Assembly: GCA_965215885.1 (NCBI GenBank) | Contig: CBDCEW010000012.1 | Span: forward strand, 1 to 62,931 | Length of the DNA stretch: 62,931 nucleotides | Reading direction: 5' to 3' | Source of the DNA: Candidatus Moanibacter sp. | Lineage (GTDB): Bacteria > Verrucomicrobiota > Verrucomicrobiia > Opitutales > UBA2987 | Shown: in pieces, positions 10,466 to 20,074 of the stretch | How the letters are laid out: the number at the start of each line of letters is the position of its first letter | Position numbering within the stretch: the first letter of the stretch is position 1 | The notes under the pieces: generated by a model | What the model was told of the DNA's origin: nothing | What the model saw: the letters and a program-made list of their open reading frames with translations, nothing else | Databases searched by the model: none | Position numbers and translations under genes: made by a program

Positions 10466-10556
10466 TTTTACGAGCGCACGCGGGATGCATTTGCCGTGGT
10501 GATGACAGGCGATACCGCAAAGTACGGCAATATCCTTCTGAAGAAGGGATCACCCT
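10466..10556 (+). repeat. Diverged duplicate of fucU 3' end
   Basis: Near-identical to 9195-9287. Confidence 0.92.
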
Positions 10557-10563
10557 TGGTTAA

Positions 10564-10646
10564 TGCCCAGGGGGGGACTCGAACCCCCACGCCTCGCGGC
10601 ACATGAACCTGAATCATGCGTGTCTACCAAATTCCACCACCTGGGC
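10564..10646 (-). tRNA. tRNA-Leu (anticodon CAG)
   Basis: Reverse complement GCCCAGGTGGTGGAATTTGGTAGACACG-CATGA-TTCAGGT-TCATG, long variable arm, GGTTCGAGTCC, ends CTGGGCA; CCA not encoded. Confidence 0.95.
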
Positions 10647-10983
10647 GAGCGAGGGAGGAAGATTGTGGAGGAGAGGACGAGGTGCAAGGATAGAAAGTCA
10701 GAGGACAGAGATCAGAAGTCAGAAGTTGGAGTGGAAGGAATCAGTTTTCAGTGGACCCCGGCAAGCCGGGACTTCGTTCCGCAGTGCGGGATTCGGAGGA
10801 TGTATGAAAGGGGAGAAAGGCGCAACGAATGAATGGAGGGCAACGAATGGGGGGATTGGAACAGAAGGAGTGGAAGGTGAAAGTGTGAGTAGGCTTACGG
10901 CGAAGATTCTTTCTCCCGAAACCTGATGACCGACACCTGAAACCGATAGCCTCGTATCAACTTTTGATCCGGACAGGACAGGA

Positions 10984-11280
10984 TCAGGAGTCCTTCTGCG
11001 GGGTGAGATATTTTCGGATGTCGGGGATCGGTTTGCGGCGGGGGCCATCGGAGTAGGTGGCCAGATAGGGATCGGTGTGTGGTGTGCCGATTTCGTCCTC
11101 CTCGTCGGGCAGGTCTCCCTGGATGACGATATTTCCGAATGTATCTACCGGCGAGGATGCATTTTCGAGATCATCGAAGAAGAGAGAGAGTCGGCGTGTC
11201 TCGGGGTAAAGCACCTGTTCCGGTTTTGGCACTTTTCCCTTTTTGACGAATTCAAAGGGACAGGGGTAACGATGTTTTTT
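10984..11280 (-). pseudogene. C-terminal fragment of an unknown gene abutting the ISL3 end
   Basis: Open frame KKHRYPCPFEFVKKGKVPKPEQ...PQKDS starts right at the IS boundary without a clear start codon. Confidence 0.4.
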
Positions 11281-11281
11281 A

Positions 11282-12764
11282 GCCTCGTCAGCAGAATCTG
11301 TGGGTTATTTCGGGTTCAGGCAAGTCGCCCATGGTATGAAATAGGGCGATCTTAAGCACTTCGAAGCTCTTAAAGCCGTATGCTTTTCTGATAGTGAGAT
11401 TTATATTGCGGTTAAAGCCCTCCACAATGCCGCAGGAAAAGGCCTTTTTGGCCCGAAACCAGTTGAGGATGAGCGGCTCGTGTTTGCGCACCGAGCGCAC
11501 GAACCTTTTGATCGGTTTGAGGCGCGAACGCATGGCGCGCGTGCACCATTTTTTCAGATACCATTGGGCCCAGTAGGGACTTTTATAATGCCACAAGAGC
11601 TGAAAGCTCTCCTTTAGTAGATAGGCCCGCACGCTCTTCAGATCGTATTGGAGCACCTCCTTGAGGCGGATCTGTTGGGTGGGGGTGAGATTTTGCGGAT
11701 TTTTCAAGAAACAGTATTTGCTTTTGACCAGCACGTTGATGTAGCCGTCCCGTTGCAATCGCCTGGCTTCCGCAGCACGAATCTCATTGAGGGCCTTGTT
11801 CAGGTTGGCTACCAAGTGGAAGCGATCGAGGATGTGCAGCGCCTGGGGTGCCTTTTTCTTGATCACTTTGAGGTAAGGCTTCCACAGATCCGAGCAGACG
11901 TAGAGGATCTGGCTGCTCTTTTGCGCTCCCAATTCCCAGAAAAAACGCAAGAGCGATTTTACGTTGCGCTTATTGAATACGCCCAATAGCCGCCGCCGCC
12001 CCTCGTCAAGCTGGTAGACCACGGTGAGATAGTGATGGCCTCGATGATACTGCACCTCATCGACTCCGATCGCCTCAATCCCGCTCATATCGCGCCGTTT
12101 GAGCCCCCAACGCACCATCGCCTCGACCGACTCGAAGACGTTGCGCCAGTTCGTGCGAAAAACCCTTGCCGTCTCTTCCCAGCTCAAGCGCCTCGCCCAC
12201 TGGGCCAGAAACCATTGCATTGGCCAACTCAGATGACTCTTGCCCTTGGCCCAGGGCACCTCTTCGACCTTCACCCCGCACCGCCGGCAATTGACCCGCC
12301 GCATGCGGTAACGAAAATACACCTTCATCCCCCACAAGGGCACAAATTCAAAATGCCTCGCCTCGCTCATGTGGTCGTAGCCGCTGGCCGTCCGGCCACA
12401 CCCCGAACAGCACACCCGACTATTCTTGCGCGGCTCAATCTGCACCACAATCGCCTCCTCCGATTTCACCATTTCCATACTCGCCTTTGCGTAAACAAAG
12501 CTCTTGAGCCAATAGCACCGATTCAGTAGCGTTTTGATGAGCACTGGGTCCTCCGTGTTCAGGATGTATTTTCGGTACTACTTTCATCCTCGGAACGGCC
12601 CGGTGCTTCAACCTTTCAATCCCATATGCAAAGAAAACACCGACCAGCCCCTCCGGCTGTGGAGGAGCGGGATTCAGGGCAGCGCCCTGACTTCTCCTTG
12701 TGCTCACCGACTCTATTTCCTCTTGTAAGCGACGTTACCCACCCACAGATTCTGCTGTAGACCC
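11282..12764 (-). mobile_element. ISL3-family insertion sequence
   Basis: 24-bp TIRs gcctcgtcagcagaatctgtgggt / gggtctacagcagaatctgtgggt (20/24 match); no target duplication in the flanks. Confidence 0.9.
11288..12544 (-). CDS. ISL3 transposase
   Basis: CSGCG and CRRCG zinc finger, IGVDE, SDLWKPY, LDRFH, VEGFN..RKAYGF. Confidence 0.95.
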   Translation of the reverse strand: MLIKTLLNRCYWLKSFVYAKASMEMVKSEEAIVVQIEPRKNSRVCCSGCGRTASGYDHMSEARHFEFVPLWGMKVYFRYRMRRVNCRRCGVKVEEVPWAKGKSHLSWPMQWFLAQWARRLSWEETARVFRTNWRNVFESVEAMVRWGLKRRDMSGIEAIGVDEVQYHRGHHYLTVVYQLDEGRRRLLGVFNKRNVKSLLRFFWELGAQKSSQILYVCSDLWKPYLKVIKKKAPQALHILDRFHLVANLNKALNEIRAAEARRLQRDGYINVLVKSKYCFLKNPQNLTPTQQIRLKEVLQYDLKSVRAYLLKESFQLLWHYKSPYWAQWYLKKWCTRAMRSRLKPIKRFVRSVRKHEPLILNWFRAKKAFSCGIVEGFNRNINLTIRKAYGFKSFEVLKIALFHTMGDLPEPEITHRFC

Positions 12765-12845
12765 AAAATAACGCAGTTGATGCAATCATTCTGACGGTCA
12801 GAAAAATCACTTTGCAATTCACTGCATACGCGTTACTTACACGGT

Positions 12846-13637
12846 ATGCGAAAGAGTGTGATAAAGGCAAAGCTCGCTCAGGGCGAGGCATCCCTTGCGG
12901 TTCAACTGCATTTTACGGATCCTTCCGTCTTCGAACTGACGAGCCTGATGGGTTTCGACGGGATCTGGATGGATATGGAACACCATACTTACAGCCTCGA
13001 AACGGCGGCGAATCTCATGCGGGCGGCCCGGGTAGGGCGCTCAGACATAATTGCCAGACCCGCGAAGGGGGAGTTTATGCGCATGGGGCGAATGTTGGAA
13101 GCGGGCGCACAGGGCATCATGTACCCCCGCTGCGACAATGCTGAGGAGGCTGGCGAAGTCGTGAGGTGGGCGAAATTTGCGCCGTTGGGCCAGCGTGGAT
13201 TTGATAGCGGTAATCCCGACAATCCCTACTGTACGATGCCGTTTGAAGAGTACATCCGAGCTGCCAACGATGAGACATTTCTTATCATCCAGCTCGAGGA
13301 ACAGAGTGCGATTGATCGGGCCGAGGAAATCGCGGGCGTGGAAGGGGTCGATATGATTATGCTCGGTCCAGCGGACTTCTCCGTCTTGAGTGGCGTCGCG
13401 GGACAGTTTGACCATCCCGTTGTGCAGAAGGCGATCGAAAAGATAGCGTCGGCCGCGAGAAACACCGGGAAAAACTGGGCGATGCCAACGTTTTCACTTG
13501 AGCATGCGCAATCCGTTTTCGATCAGGGCGCACGCCTCCTTTTCTATAGCGCCGATATCGTGATGGTTAAGAATGCGCTGGAGAATATGCGGAGTGATTT
13601 CGGGAAGATGGGTTTTTGTTTTGGCGACGACTCCTGA
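12846..13637 (+). CDS. HpcH/HpaI aldolase family protein
   Basis: GFDGIWMDMEH, GAQGIMYP, QLE, GVDMIMLGPADFS. Confidence 0.9.
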   Translation: MRKSVIKAKLAQGEASLAVQLHFTDPSVFELTSLMGFDGIWMDMEHHTYSLETAANLMRAARVGRSDIIARPAKGEFMRMGRMLEAGAQGIMYPRCDNAEEAGEVVRWAKFAPLGQRGFDSGNPDNPYCTMPFEEYIRAANDETFLIIQLEEQSAIDRAEEIAGVEGVDMIMLGPADFSVLSGVAGQFDHPVVQKAIEKIASAARNTGKNWAMPTFSLEHAQSVFDQGARLLFYSADIVMVKNALENMRSDFGKMGFCFGDDS

Positions 13638-13883
13638 TTCGAACAGGAGGAAACCCCTTCGACGGTGCTCAGGGCAGGTGAGAGAATTGAACAGAAGAAA
13701 ACGAAGAGAAACGAAGAGGAATAGAAGAAAGAGTAACGCCACGGATCCAACTAAATTGGTTACCGCTCTGCTGCTCGGCAGAGCGATTAGGAAGCTGTCG
13801 GTGCTCGAATCGGCTGCAGTTTACCTTCGCTTCCAGATAGAGGATGATTACCGCGAATTCAGAAGGCTAATATCGACAGATTC

Positions 13884-15608
13884 CTAGGATGCCTTCAGTT
13901 CATCGAGCCCTCCGATGAAGTGCAGCTTCATCTCGTCGGTGTTGTCGAATTCTCCGTCGAGGATTGCACCGACGGCGGATACCGTGTCTTTGATGCTGAC
14001 GAACCGGCCCGGCTGGCCTGTGAAAGGTTCGGTGCAACGATAGGGGTGGGTGAGGAATCGCTGAAGCCTTCGGGCGCGCTGCACGAGAGTCTTCTCTTCC
14101 TCTGAAAGTTCACGCAATCGTCTTTTCAAAAACTCCCGGTATCGGTTTGCCGCCGCTCGATGCGCGCGATTGGCCAGCAACCGTAACCATTCCGGATCGA
14201 GCATGAGATCGCGTGCCTCCATGAGAACTCGGCGTGCGTCAAGTGCTGTTGCATAGTGCGTCTCGCCAACAATCTCAGGATGTAGAAGGGAAGACCGGCT
14301 TTCAGCGAAACATACTGCCGGCCAGAATCCCTGGTTCCCCTGCTCCACGGTGAAATGAATGACGGCGGGCCAGGTCTCCAGGTTCCTATCGGCAAAACCG
14401 GGCTCAAAGGCCTCCTGCGAGAGAAAGTATACCGCCTGAACTTTTCCCGGTCGTGGGAGGTAGTAGTGGTCGATTCTCTCCCTTGCGTCCCTTGCAATGG
14501 CGCTGCGATAATTGTGAAACAGATCGCGTTCGTAGAGCTGCTGAAACGCAAAGAGCGTGACTTCGGCGCCGGCTTCGGTTAAACGCCGGTGCAACTCCTC
14601 CATGTTAATTAGCTTCCCGGTTCCCATGGGAGCAACGAGTCCCACATTACCGGCCTTGGGAAGAGGGCAGAAGAGATCGATCGGCTTGATTCCAGTTTCG
14701 CAGAACTCGACCTTCTCCGGCTTTTTCACTCCGAGACGACGGACTGCATCCGTCTTCGCATCCTCAGGAATATTGTGCACTTCCACGTTTACTAGGACCA
14801 GTTTACCGTCTTCAATTTCTGCATCGAAAGAATCGACCCGAACGGCTCGAATCATACCTTCGGGTAAGCGTTGCAGGACAACGGCCAGTCCCCGGTCGCG
14901 TCCCTTGCCGTCTTCGATACGAAAGGCATCGAGGCAATCTGGATGGGCGTCATGAGAAAATCGGGCTTCGATGATCGCCCCATAGCTTCGTTCAATCACT
15001 CCTTCGAGATGCGTTTCCTGGACATCAGTGGAATTTGCGGTGTGCGGGTTATCTTTCATTTTTTCTATTCTTGCTTTCAGGTTCAGCCTCGCTTTGTGGA
15101 GGCGATTCTTGACTGTGCTGAGTGGTACCCCTATGAGGGAAGCGACCTGCCTCTGCGATTGATGCCGCAGGTGGAAGAGGTCGATTACTTCCCGCAATTC
15201 CTTGGGCAAAGATTCCAATGCCTTCTGAAGCAGAGCAGAACGTTCGTTTCGAACGTATATCTCGGCCGGCGAGTCAATCGCGTCGATTATCGACTCCTCA
15301 CCGTCCGTCCAGGCGAAGGCTACAAGACGCTTTCGACGGATGATGCGTAGACATCGCCTTCGAACGATCTCGCGCAGCCATCCCCGGAAGGACTTGGGAT
15401 CCTTGAGATCCTCGAGGCTTGTATAAGCGATCAGAAATGCTTCCTGGATCGCGTCTCTTCCCGCTTGCTCGTCACCCAGAATGGCGGTGGCGTAGGTGAG
15501 GACACTCTTCTCAATAGTCTGCACGAGAGAGGCAAAAGCCTCATCACTTCCCGATACTGCCTCATTTACCCTGAGGGCAAGTTCATCTCTGTCCAATTGC
15601 GAACTCAT
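13884..15608 (-). CDS. ECF sigma-70 factor fused to F1-ATPase beta-like domain
   Basis: aa 1-183 has sigma regions 2 and 4 (DAIQEAFL, FRGWL, LPKELRE, VPLSTVKNRLHKAR). The rest has ETGIKPIDL, APMGTGK, GFWPAV, PEIVGETHY, ELSEEEKTLVQRARRLQRFLTHP, FTGQPGRFVSIKDT, ILDGEFD. Confidence 0.88.
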   Translation of the reverse strand: MSSQLDRDELALRVNEAVSGSDEAFASLVQTIEKSVLTYATAILGDEQAGRDAIQEAFLIAYTSLEDLKDPKSFRGWLREIVRRRCLRIIRRKRLVAFAWTDGEESIIDAIDSPAEIYVRNERSALLQKALESLPKELREVIDLFHLRHQSQRQVASLIGVPLSTVKNRLHKARLNLKARIEKMKDNPHTANSTDVQETHLEGVIERSYGAIIEARFSHDAHPDCLDAFRIEDGKGRDRGLAVVLQRLPEGMIRAVRVDSFDAEIEDGKLVLVNVEVHNIPEDAKTDAVRRLGVKKPEKVEFCETGIKPIDLFCPLPKAGNVGLVAPMGTGKLINMEELHRRLTEAGAEVTLFAFQQLYERDLFHNYRSAIARDARERIDHYYLPRPGKVQAVYFLSQEAFEPGFADRNLETWPAVIHFTVEQGNQGFWPAVCFAESRSSLLHPEIVGETHYATALDARRVLMEARDLMLDPEWLRLLANRAHRAAANRYREFLKRRLRELSEEEKTLVQRARRLQRFLTHPYRCTEPFTGQPGRFVSIKDTVSAVGAILDGEFDNTDEMKLHFIGGLDELKAS

Positions 15609-15758
15609 TCAATTATTAGTGTCACCGAGACGAATGAAAGTTTACGGAAATCCATTCAAGCAGTATGCCCAAATATTCGGCGGGAAGAAAATTGATCTTC
15701 TCCGGCGATTGGATTGTCTACGATGTACAATCGATTCTTTGTATACTTCACTGGCCTC

Positions 15759-15850
15759 TAGTCCGCTTTTTTCACAGATTTTCGAGGACGTAAATTTGGT
15801 AAGATGCGTTTCCCACCGTGTCGCTGCACATTCACCTCGGTAGACGGGCA
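15759..15850. mobile_element. ~92-bp MITE-like element (inverted copy at 31732-31824)
   Basis: tagtccgcttttt..tcgaggacg..aagat.cgtttcc..cgtgtcgc; related ends also at 4799 and ~49266. Confidence 0.7.
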
Positions 15851-15852
15851 AT

Positions 15853-17022
15853 CTAACCCGATCCGGAAATCAACTCATTCTGCCACAGGCGCTCGAGAAA
15901 GACCTGCCATGGCAGGATATCCACTCCGTCTTCTGTCCGTCGAGGCCTGGGATCCATAGAGACGACAAGATAATGGCGCGCCGTGTATTCCTCCTTGAAC
16001 GCCCGGATTCCCTTCAAGTGCCGCTGGCTGACGTTGCTAGTGGACTTGGCCTCGACGACCACTTCGGCGTCACCTAACACGAAGTCGACTTCAAGTCCTG
16101 AGGCCGTCCTCCAATATGAGAGAGGATAGAAGCACCCCGAGTAACTGGAGTGCGCTAAAATCTCCATGTAGAGCAGGTGCTCAAACGCTTTGCCGAAAAG
16201 TTCCGAACCCGGCTCAATCTCCCCTCGTCGGGTGAGATGTGCGACAATGCCAATGTCAAAGAAATAGAACTTTGGCGCGCCGATCAACCGTCTCTTGATA
16301 CGCTTCCTAAAGGCACGCAGGAACCTACCGATCATGGTGTCCTCCAGGATGTGGAAATACTCCTTCACGGTAGGTGCGCTCACTCCACACTCCGAAGCAA
16401 TATTATTGTACTTAACGAGTTCGCCGTTGGTCAAAGCCGCCACTTCCAGAAATCGACTGAATGCTGGAATGTTGCGGCTTAGTGCTTCGGCGGCGATCTC
16501 CTCCTTGAGATAGTCTCCGACATACGAGTGGATGAGTCGGCGGGGCGAGGTGCTCTGGTAATGACGCGGCAAAAGACCCGCATTCAGGGCTTTCGCGATC
16601 GAAAAATCACCGATTTCCGGATACACCAGCGGATGCAATTCGTAGCGTACCGCCCGTCCGCCCAGAAGGTTACTCTTACCGCGCTTGAGCTTGCGGGCGC
16701 TCGAACCGCAAAGGACGAAACGCAAGCCCCAATTCTCGATAAGCCAATGCACTTCGTCGAGCAGGGGCGGAATCTTCTGAATTTCGTCGATTATAATCGG
16801 AGATGTCTGCGAATCACCGTCAAGCCCTTCCGCCCGGCACTCCTCTCTAATCAGACCAGGATTCCGCACCAGCTTGGCATACATGCTCGAAAGTAACAGA
16901 TCGTAACGCTTGCTCTGAGGAAAAAGCGCCTTCAGCAGCGTGCTCTTGCCTGTCTGCCGCGGTCCCCAGAGAAAGCACGTCTCAGTACAAATCATATCTA
17001 AATCTAATATTCGATTATACAT
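15853..17022 (-). CDS. AAA_14 ATPase with DUF4143 C-terminal domain
   Basis: GPRQTGKS, IIIDEIQK, GSSARKL, PKFYFFDIG, YWRT..EVDFV..EAK. Confidence 0.92.
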   Translation of the reverse strand: MYNRILDLDMICTETCFLWGPRQTGKSTLLKALFPQSKRYDLLLSSMYAKLVRNPGLIREECRAEGLDGDSQTSPIIIDEIQKIPPLLDEVHWLIENWGLRFVLCGSSARKLKRGKSNLLGGRAVRYELHPLVYPEIGDFSIAKALNAGLLPRHYQSTSPRRLIHSYVGDYLKEEIAAEALSRNIPAFSRFLEVAALTNGELVKYNNIASECGVSAPTVKEYFHILEDTMIGRFLRAFRKRIKRRLIGAPKFYFFDIGIVAHLTRRGEIEPGSELFGKAFEHLLYMEILAHSSYSGCFYPLSYWRTASGLEVDFVLGDAEVVVEAKSTSNVSQRHLKGIRAFKEEYTARHYLVVSMDPRPRRTEDGVDILPWQVFLERLWQNELISGSG

Positions 17023-17115
17023 GATAATCTAAGGGAATGCTTTATATTATCAGAATCATGTCAAGTATTGGTTTGCCGAATTGACTGCCTTTCTTCCTGC
17101 GAGGTATTGTAGGCT

Positions 17116-18243
17116 ATGGTAACGATATCTCAGAGAGTGCCCGGCGTCGTCACCCACCATTCAGACAAGCGGACGCGCAGGTACGTCGGTTGCCCCTCGG
17201 TGCAGATTCTCGCCGACGGGAACTATGTCGCGTCGCACTCCTATTTCGGGCCAGGTTCTTCGAACACGGACAGCTTTGTCTATCGTTCCGTTGATCGTGG
17301 CAATACCTGGGAGCGGATCGCACAAGTGCGCGGTTCCGTCTGGTCGAATCTGTTCATACACGATGGCGATCTCTATCTCATGGGCACGGATCACTGTGAC
17401 CGCTTCGGCGGCAAATTCCATGGCCGGGTGGTGATCCGCCGCTCGAGCGATGATGGTCGAAGCTGGAGCACAGCGAATGGTGCGAAATCCGGGCTGCTCA
17501 CTGATGAGGAGGGCTGGCACACGGCGCCATGCCCAACTGTCGAGCACAACGGTCGGCTGTGGCGGTCTATTGAATTCGCTCCCGAATATGAGCGGGCGAC
17601 GTGGAGCTGTGGTGTGCTCTCGGCGCCTGTGGACACCGATCTACTTGACCGGGCGAGTTGGAGGTTTTCCGAGCAGATGAAGCACCTCTGGTCGCAGTCG
17701 CAATGGATCGAGGGCAATATCGTAGTGGCGCCGGATGGCGAACTACTCAACCTCCTGCGCTGGAACGACAAGGGAGGCTCTTACTCTGAGCCAAACCTCG
17801 ATCGCGCGGTCATCGTCCACGTCTCGTCGGACGGCCGAAGGCTGACGATGGACCGGGAACAAGACATCATCGAATTCCCCGGCGGTGGCACCAAGTTCAC
17901 GATCCGCGGTGATGAACAGAGCGGACGCTACTGGTCACTGGTCAACGTCCAGGACCTTCCCGAGGACCCGCCGCCCTATCGCAACCACCTCTGCGTAAGC
18001 TCCTCGAAAGACCTGCGTTCGTGGACGGTGCACGAGCAGCTTCTCTATCATCCAGATCCGGAGTTCCACGCCTTTCAGTACGTCGACTGGGCCTTTGACG
18101 GTGACGACATCATCTATGTTTCCCGAACCGCTTACGACGACGACACGGGAGGTGCGAAGCGGGCGCACGCCGCCAACTTTCTCACCTTTCATCGGCTGGA
18201 ATCGTTTCGTGACTTGACCGGTTCAGTTTGGCATTACGGCTGA
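17116..18243 (+). CDS. Sialidase-like BNR/Asp-box beta-propeller protein
   Basis: Asp boxes SVDRGNTW, SSDDGRSW, SKDLRSW. Confidence 0.85.
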   Translation: MVTISQRVPGVVTHHSDKRTRRYVGCPSVQILADGNYVASHSYFGPGSSNTDSFVYRSVDRGNTWERIAQVRGSVWSNLFIHDGDLYLMGTDHCDRFGGKFHGRVVIRRSSDDGRSWSTANGAKSGLLTDEEGWHTAPCPTVEHNGRLWRSIEFAPEYERATWSCGVLSAPVDTDLLDRASWRFSEQMKHLWSQSQWIEGNIVVAPDGELLNLLRWNDKGGSYSEPNLDRAVIVHVSSDGRRLTMDREQDIIEFPGGGTKFTIRGDEQSGRYWSLVNVQDLPEDPPPYRNHLCVSSSKDLRSWTVHEQLLYHPDPEFHAFQYVDWAFDGDDIIYVSRTAYDDDTGGAKRAHAANFLTFHRLESFRDLTGSVWHYG

Positions 18244-18627
18244 ACCAGGTTTCTCCTATCGCGCATTTTAATAAGCCGCTCCGTTCCCTTCAGGTTGATC
18301 GAGAGCGGTTTCTCGATGGGGTCGTGTTTCTCTCTAGCCCGAATATTTCACAAATCTCCTGCTGCGGTCGCGGATATCACTGCATCTCAAACCCTTCCCT
18401 TGCCCGGCGACCGCAGAGGGTCTCAACACGCTGTCGCCCGCCGTGCTGCGGAAAGGCTCTGATATGCAGCAATCTACGCGGTCTCGCTACGAAGTGTGTG
18501 AAATGTTCGGGCTAGAGGTTTCCATGGCGGAACGAAACCCTTCCGGATTCCGCTACACTCAACATAGAGTCTTCTATTGAGTATTACGATAGGATAGTCC
18601 TATTTTACGATTGAGTGTTGAATACAG

Positions 18628-19422
18628 ATGACAAAGGAACGGACCGTATCACAGCTCTTTGACCTTTCGGGAAAGGTCGCGTTGATTACGGGCGCGTCGG
18701 GCCATCTCGGTTCGTCCATGTCGCGAGGCCTGGCGGAGGCGGGCGCTTCCGTCGTAGTGGCAAGCCGTGACCGCGATCGAGCTGAAGCGGCGGCTAAGGA
18801 ACTCGGTGGTAACGGGACACATGCCGGTGTTGCAATCGATCACATGGATGAAGCCTCAATGCAAGAGGGCTTTCAAAACGCGATCGGCCTTGCGGGAAAA
18901 GTCGACATCCTGGTCAACAATGGACACGAGCCCCTCGGTGAAGACTGGACAACGGTGAATACCGAGCAATTCAGTGGGCAACTCGCCAACGCTTCCGGAT
19001 ACTTTACCCTTGCCCGCCTCGTTCGGAACCACGCTGTTGATCGAGACGCCCCGGCAAGCATCATAATGCTCGGTTCCATGTACGGCCAGGTCGGCTCCTA
19101 TCCGGATACCTATGAGGGGGTTTGCATCGCCAGTCCTGTGGCCTACCACACCCTTAAGGGCGGGATCATCCATCTGACCCGTCATCTGGCGGTCTATTGG
19201 GCAAAGGACAAGGTACGTGTCAATTGCCTCAGCCCGGGACCATTCCCTAACGATGCCAAAGCTCCCGCGGAGATGGTTGAACGGCTTTGTCGAAAAAGTC
19301 CGATGGGGCGCATGGGAGAGCCCTGCGAACTCAAGGGCGCGGTTGTCTTCCTGGCCAGCGATGCCAGCAGTTATATGACGGGGCAAAACCTCACGATCGA
19401 TGGTGGATGGACGGCGTGGTAA
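18628..19422 (+). CDS. SDR family oxidoreductase
   Basis: TGASGHLG, YHTLK, VRVNCLSPG, GQNLTIDGGW. Confidence 0.92.
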   Translation: MTKERTVSQLFDLSGKVALITGASGHLGSSMSRGLAEAGASVVVASRDRDRAEAAAKELGGNGTHAGVAIDHMDEASMQEGFQNAIGLAGKVDILVNNGHEPLGEDWTTVNTEQFSGQLANASGYFTLARLVRNHAVDRDAPASIIMLGSMYGQVGSYPDTYEGVCIASPVAYHTLKGGIIHLTRHLAVYWAKDKVRVNCLSPGPFPNDAKAPAEMVERLCRKSPMGRMGEPCELKGAVVFLASDASSYMTGQNLTIDGGWTAW

Positions 19423-19896
19423 ATGAACGTCTTCCTCGAATTCCACAAAATCGCCCAGCGCCTGGAAGAAGGCAAAGTCCGCTATGCACTGATCGGTGGA
19501 ATCGCGATGAGCTTCTACGGTCCGCTGCGGGCCACAAAGGACATCGATTTTTTGGTATGCGAGGAGGATATTAAGGCGGTTCGCGGCGCTATCGAAGCGG
19601 AGGGTTTCGCAGATAACGAATCCCCCATCACCTTTAGCAGCGGGCTCTCTTTACATCGGTTCCTCAAGTTTGCGGCCGGCGAAGAAATGCCGCTCATGGT
19701 CGATGTTTTGGTGGCGAATACAGAAGATCACAAGTCGGTGGTGCAACGCGCTGTGCCGGTGCGTTTGGAGGGGACGGGAGACATCCTGCTCGCTGAAGCA
19801 AAAGATATGATTTGGCTGAAATCGGCGCGAAACAGCGGACAGGATCAGGACGACATCCAGATACTGAAGGAGGTGATTTCAGAAAATGAGAACTAA
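19423..19896 (+). CDS. Pol-beta-fold nucleotidyltransferase (AbiEii-like)
   Basis: YALIGGIA..RATKDIDFL..MIWLK..R..QDQDD. Confidence 0.8.
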   Translation: MNVFLEFHKIAQRLEEGKVRYALIGGIAMSFYGPLRATKDIDFLVCEEDIKAVRGAIEAEGFADNESPITFSSGLSLHRFLKFAAGEEMPLMVDVLVANTEDHKSVVQRAVPVRLEGTGDILLAEAKDMIWLKSARNSGQDQDDIQILKEVISENEN

Positions 19897-20074
19897 GGAT
19901 GTCGCAACCGTGTTTCGCGAATTGGGCGAGATGTATGCGTTTCTTCGAAAGCTGCAGAAAGCGCGCATTGCCGGTGAAACCGACGAGGCCTACGAAAAAC
20001 GGCAACGCCGTATTGTCGAGGAGGCCATTTACCATTCCTACCCCAAAGGCCAACGCCCTTTCGAAGTCTCCTAA
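19886..20074 (+). CDS. Small protein overlapping the nucleotidyltransferase (possible partner)
   Basis: aggaggtg RBS about 8 nt upstream; overlaps the preceding stop. Confidence 0.5.
   Translation: MRTKDVATVFRELGEMYAFLRKLQKARIAGETDEAYEKRQRRIVEEAIYHSYPKGQRPFEVS

Noticed and set aside
10564..10646. tRNA-anchored integrative element
   Set aside because: No duplicated tRNA 3' end and no integrase seen in the window
13884..15060. Genuine atpD or ATP synthase operon
   Set aside because: No other atp genes; catalytic motifs are degenerate; fused in frame to a sigma factor
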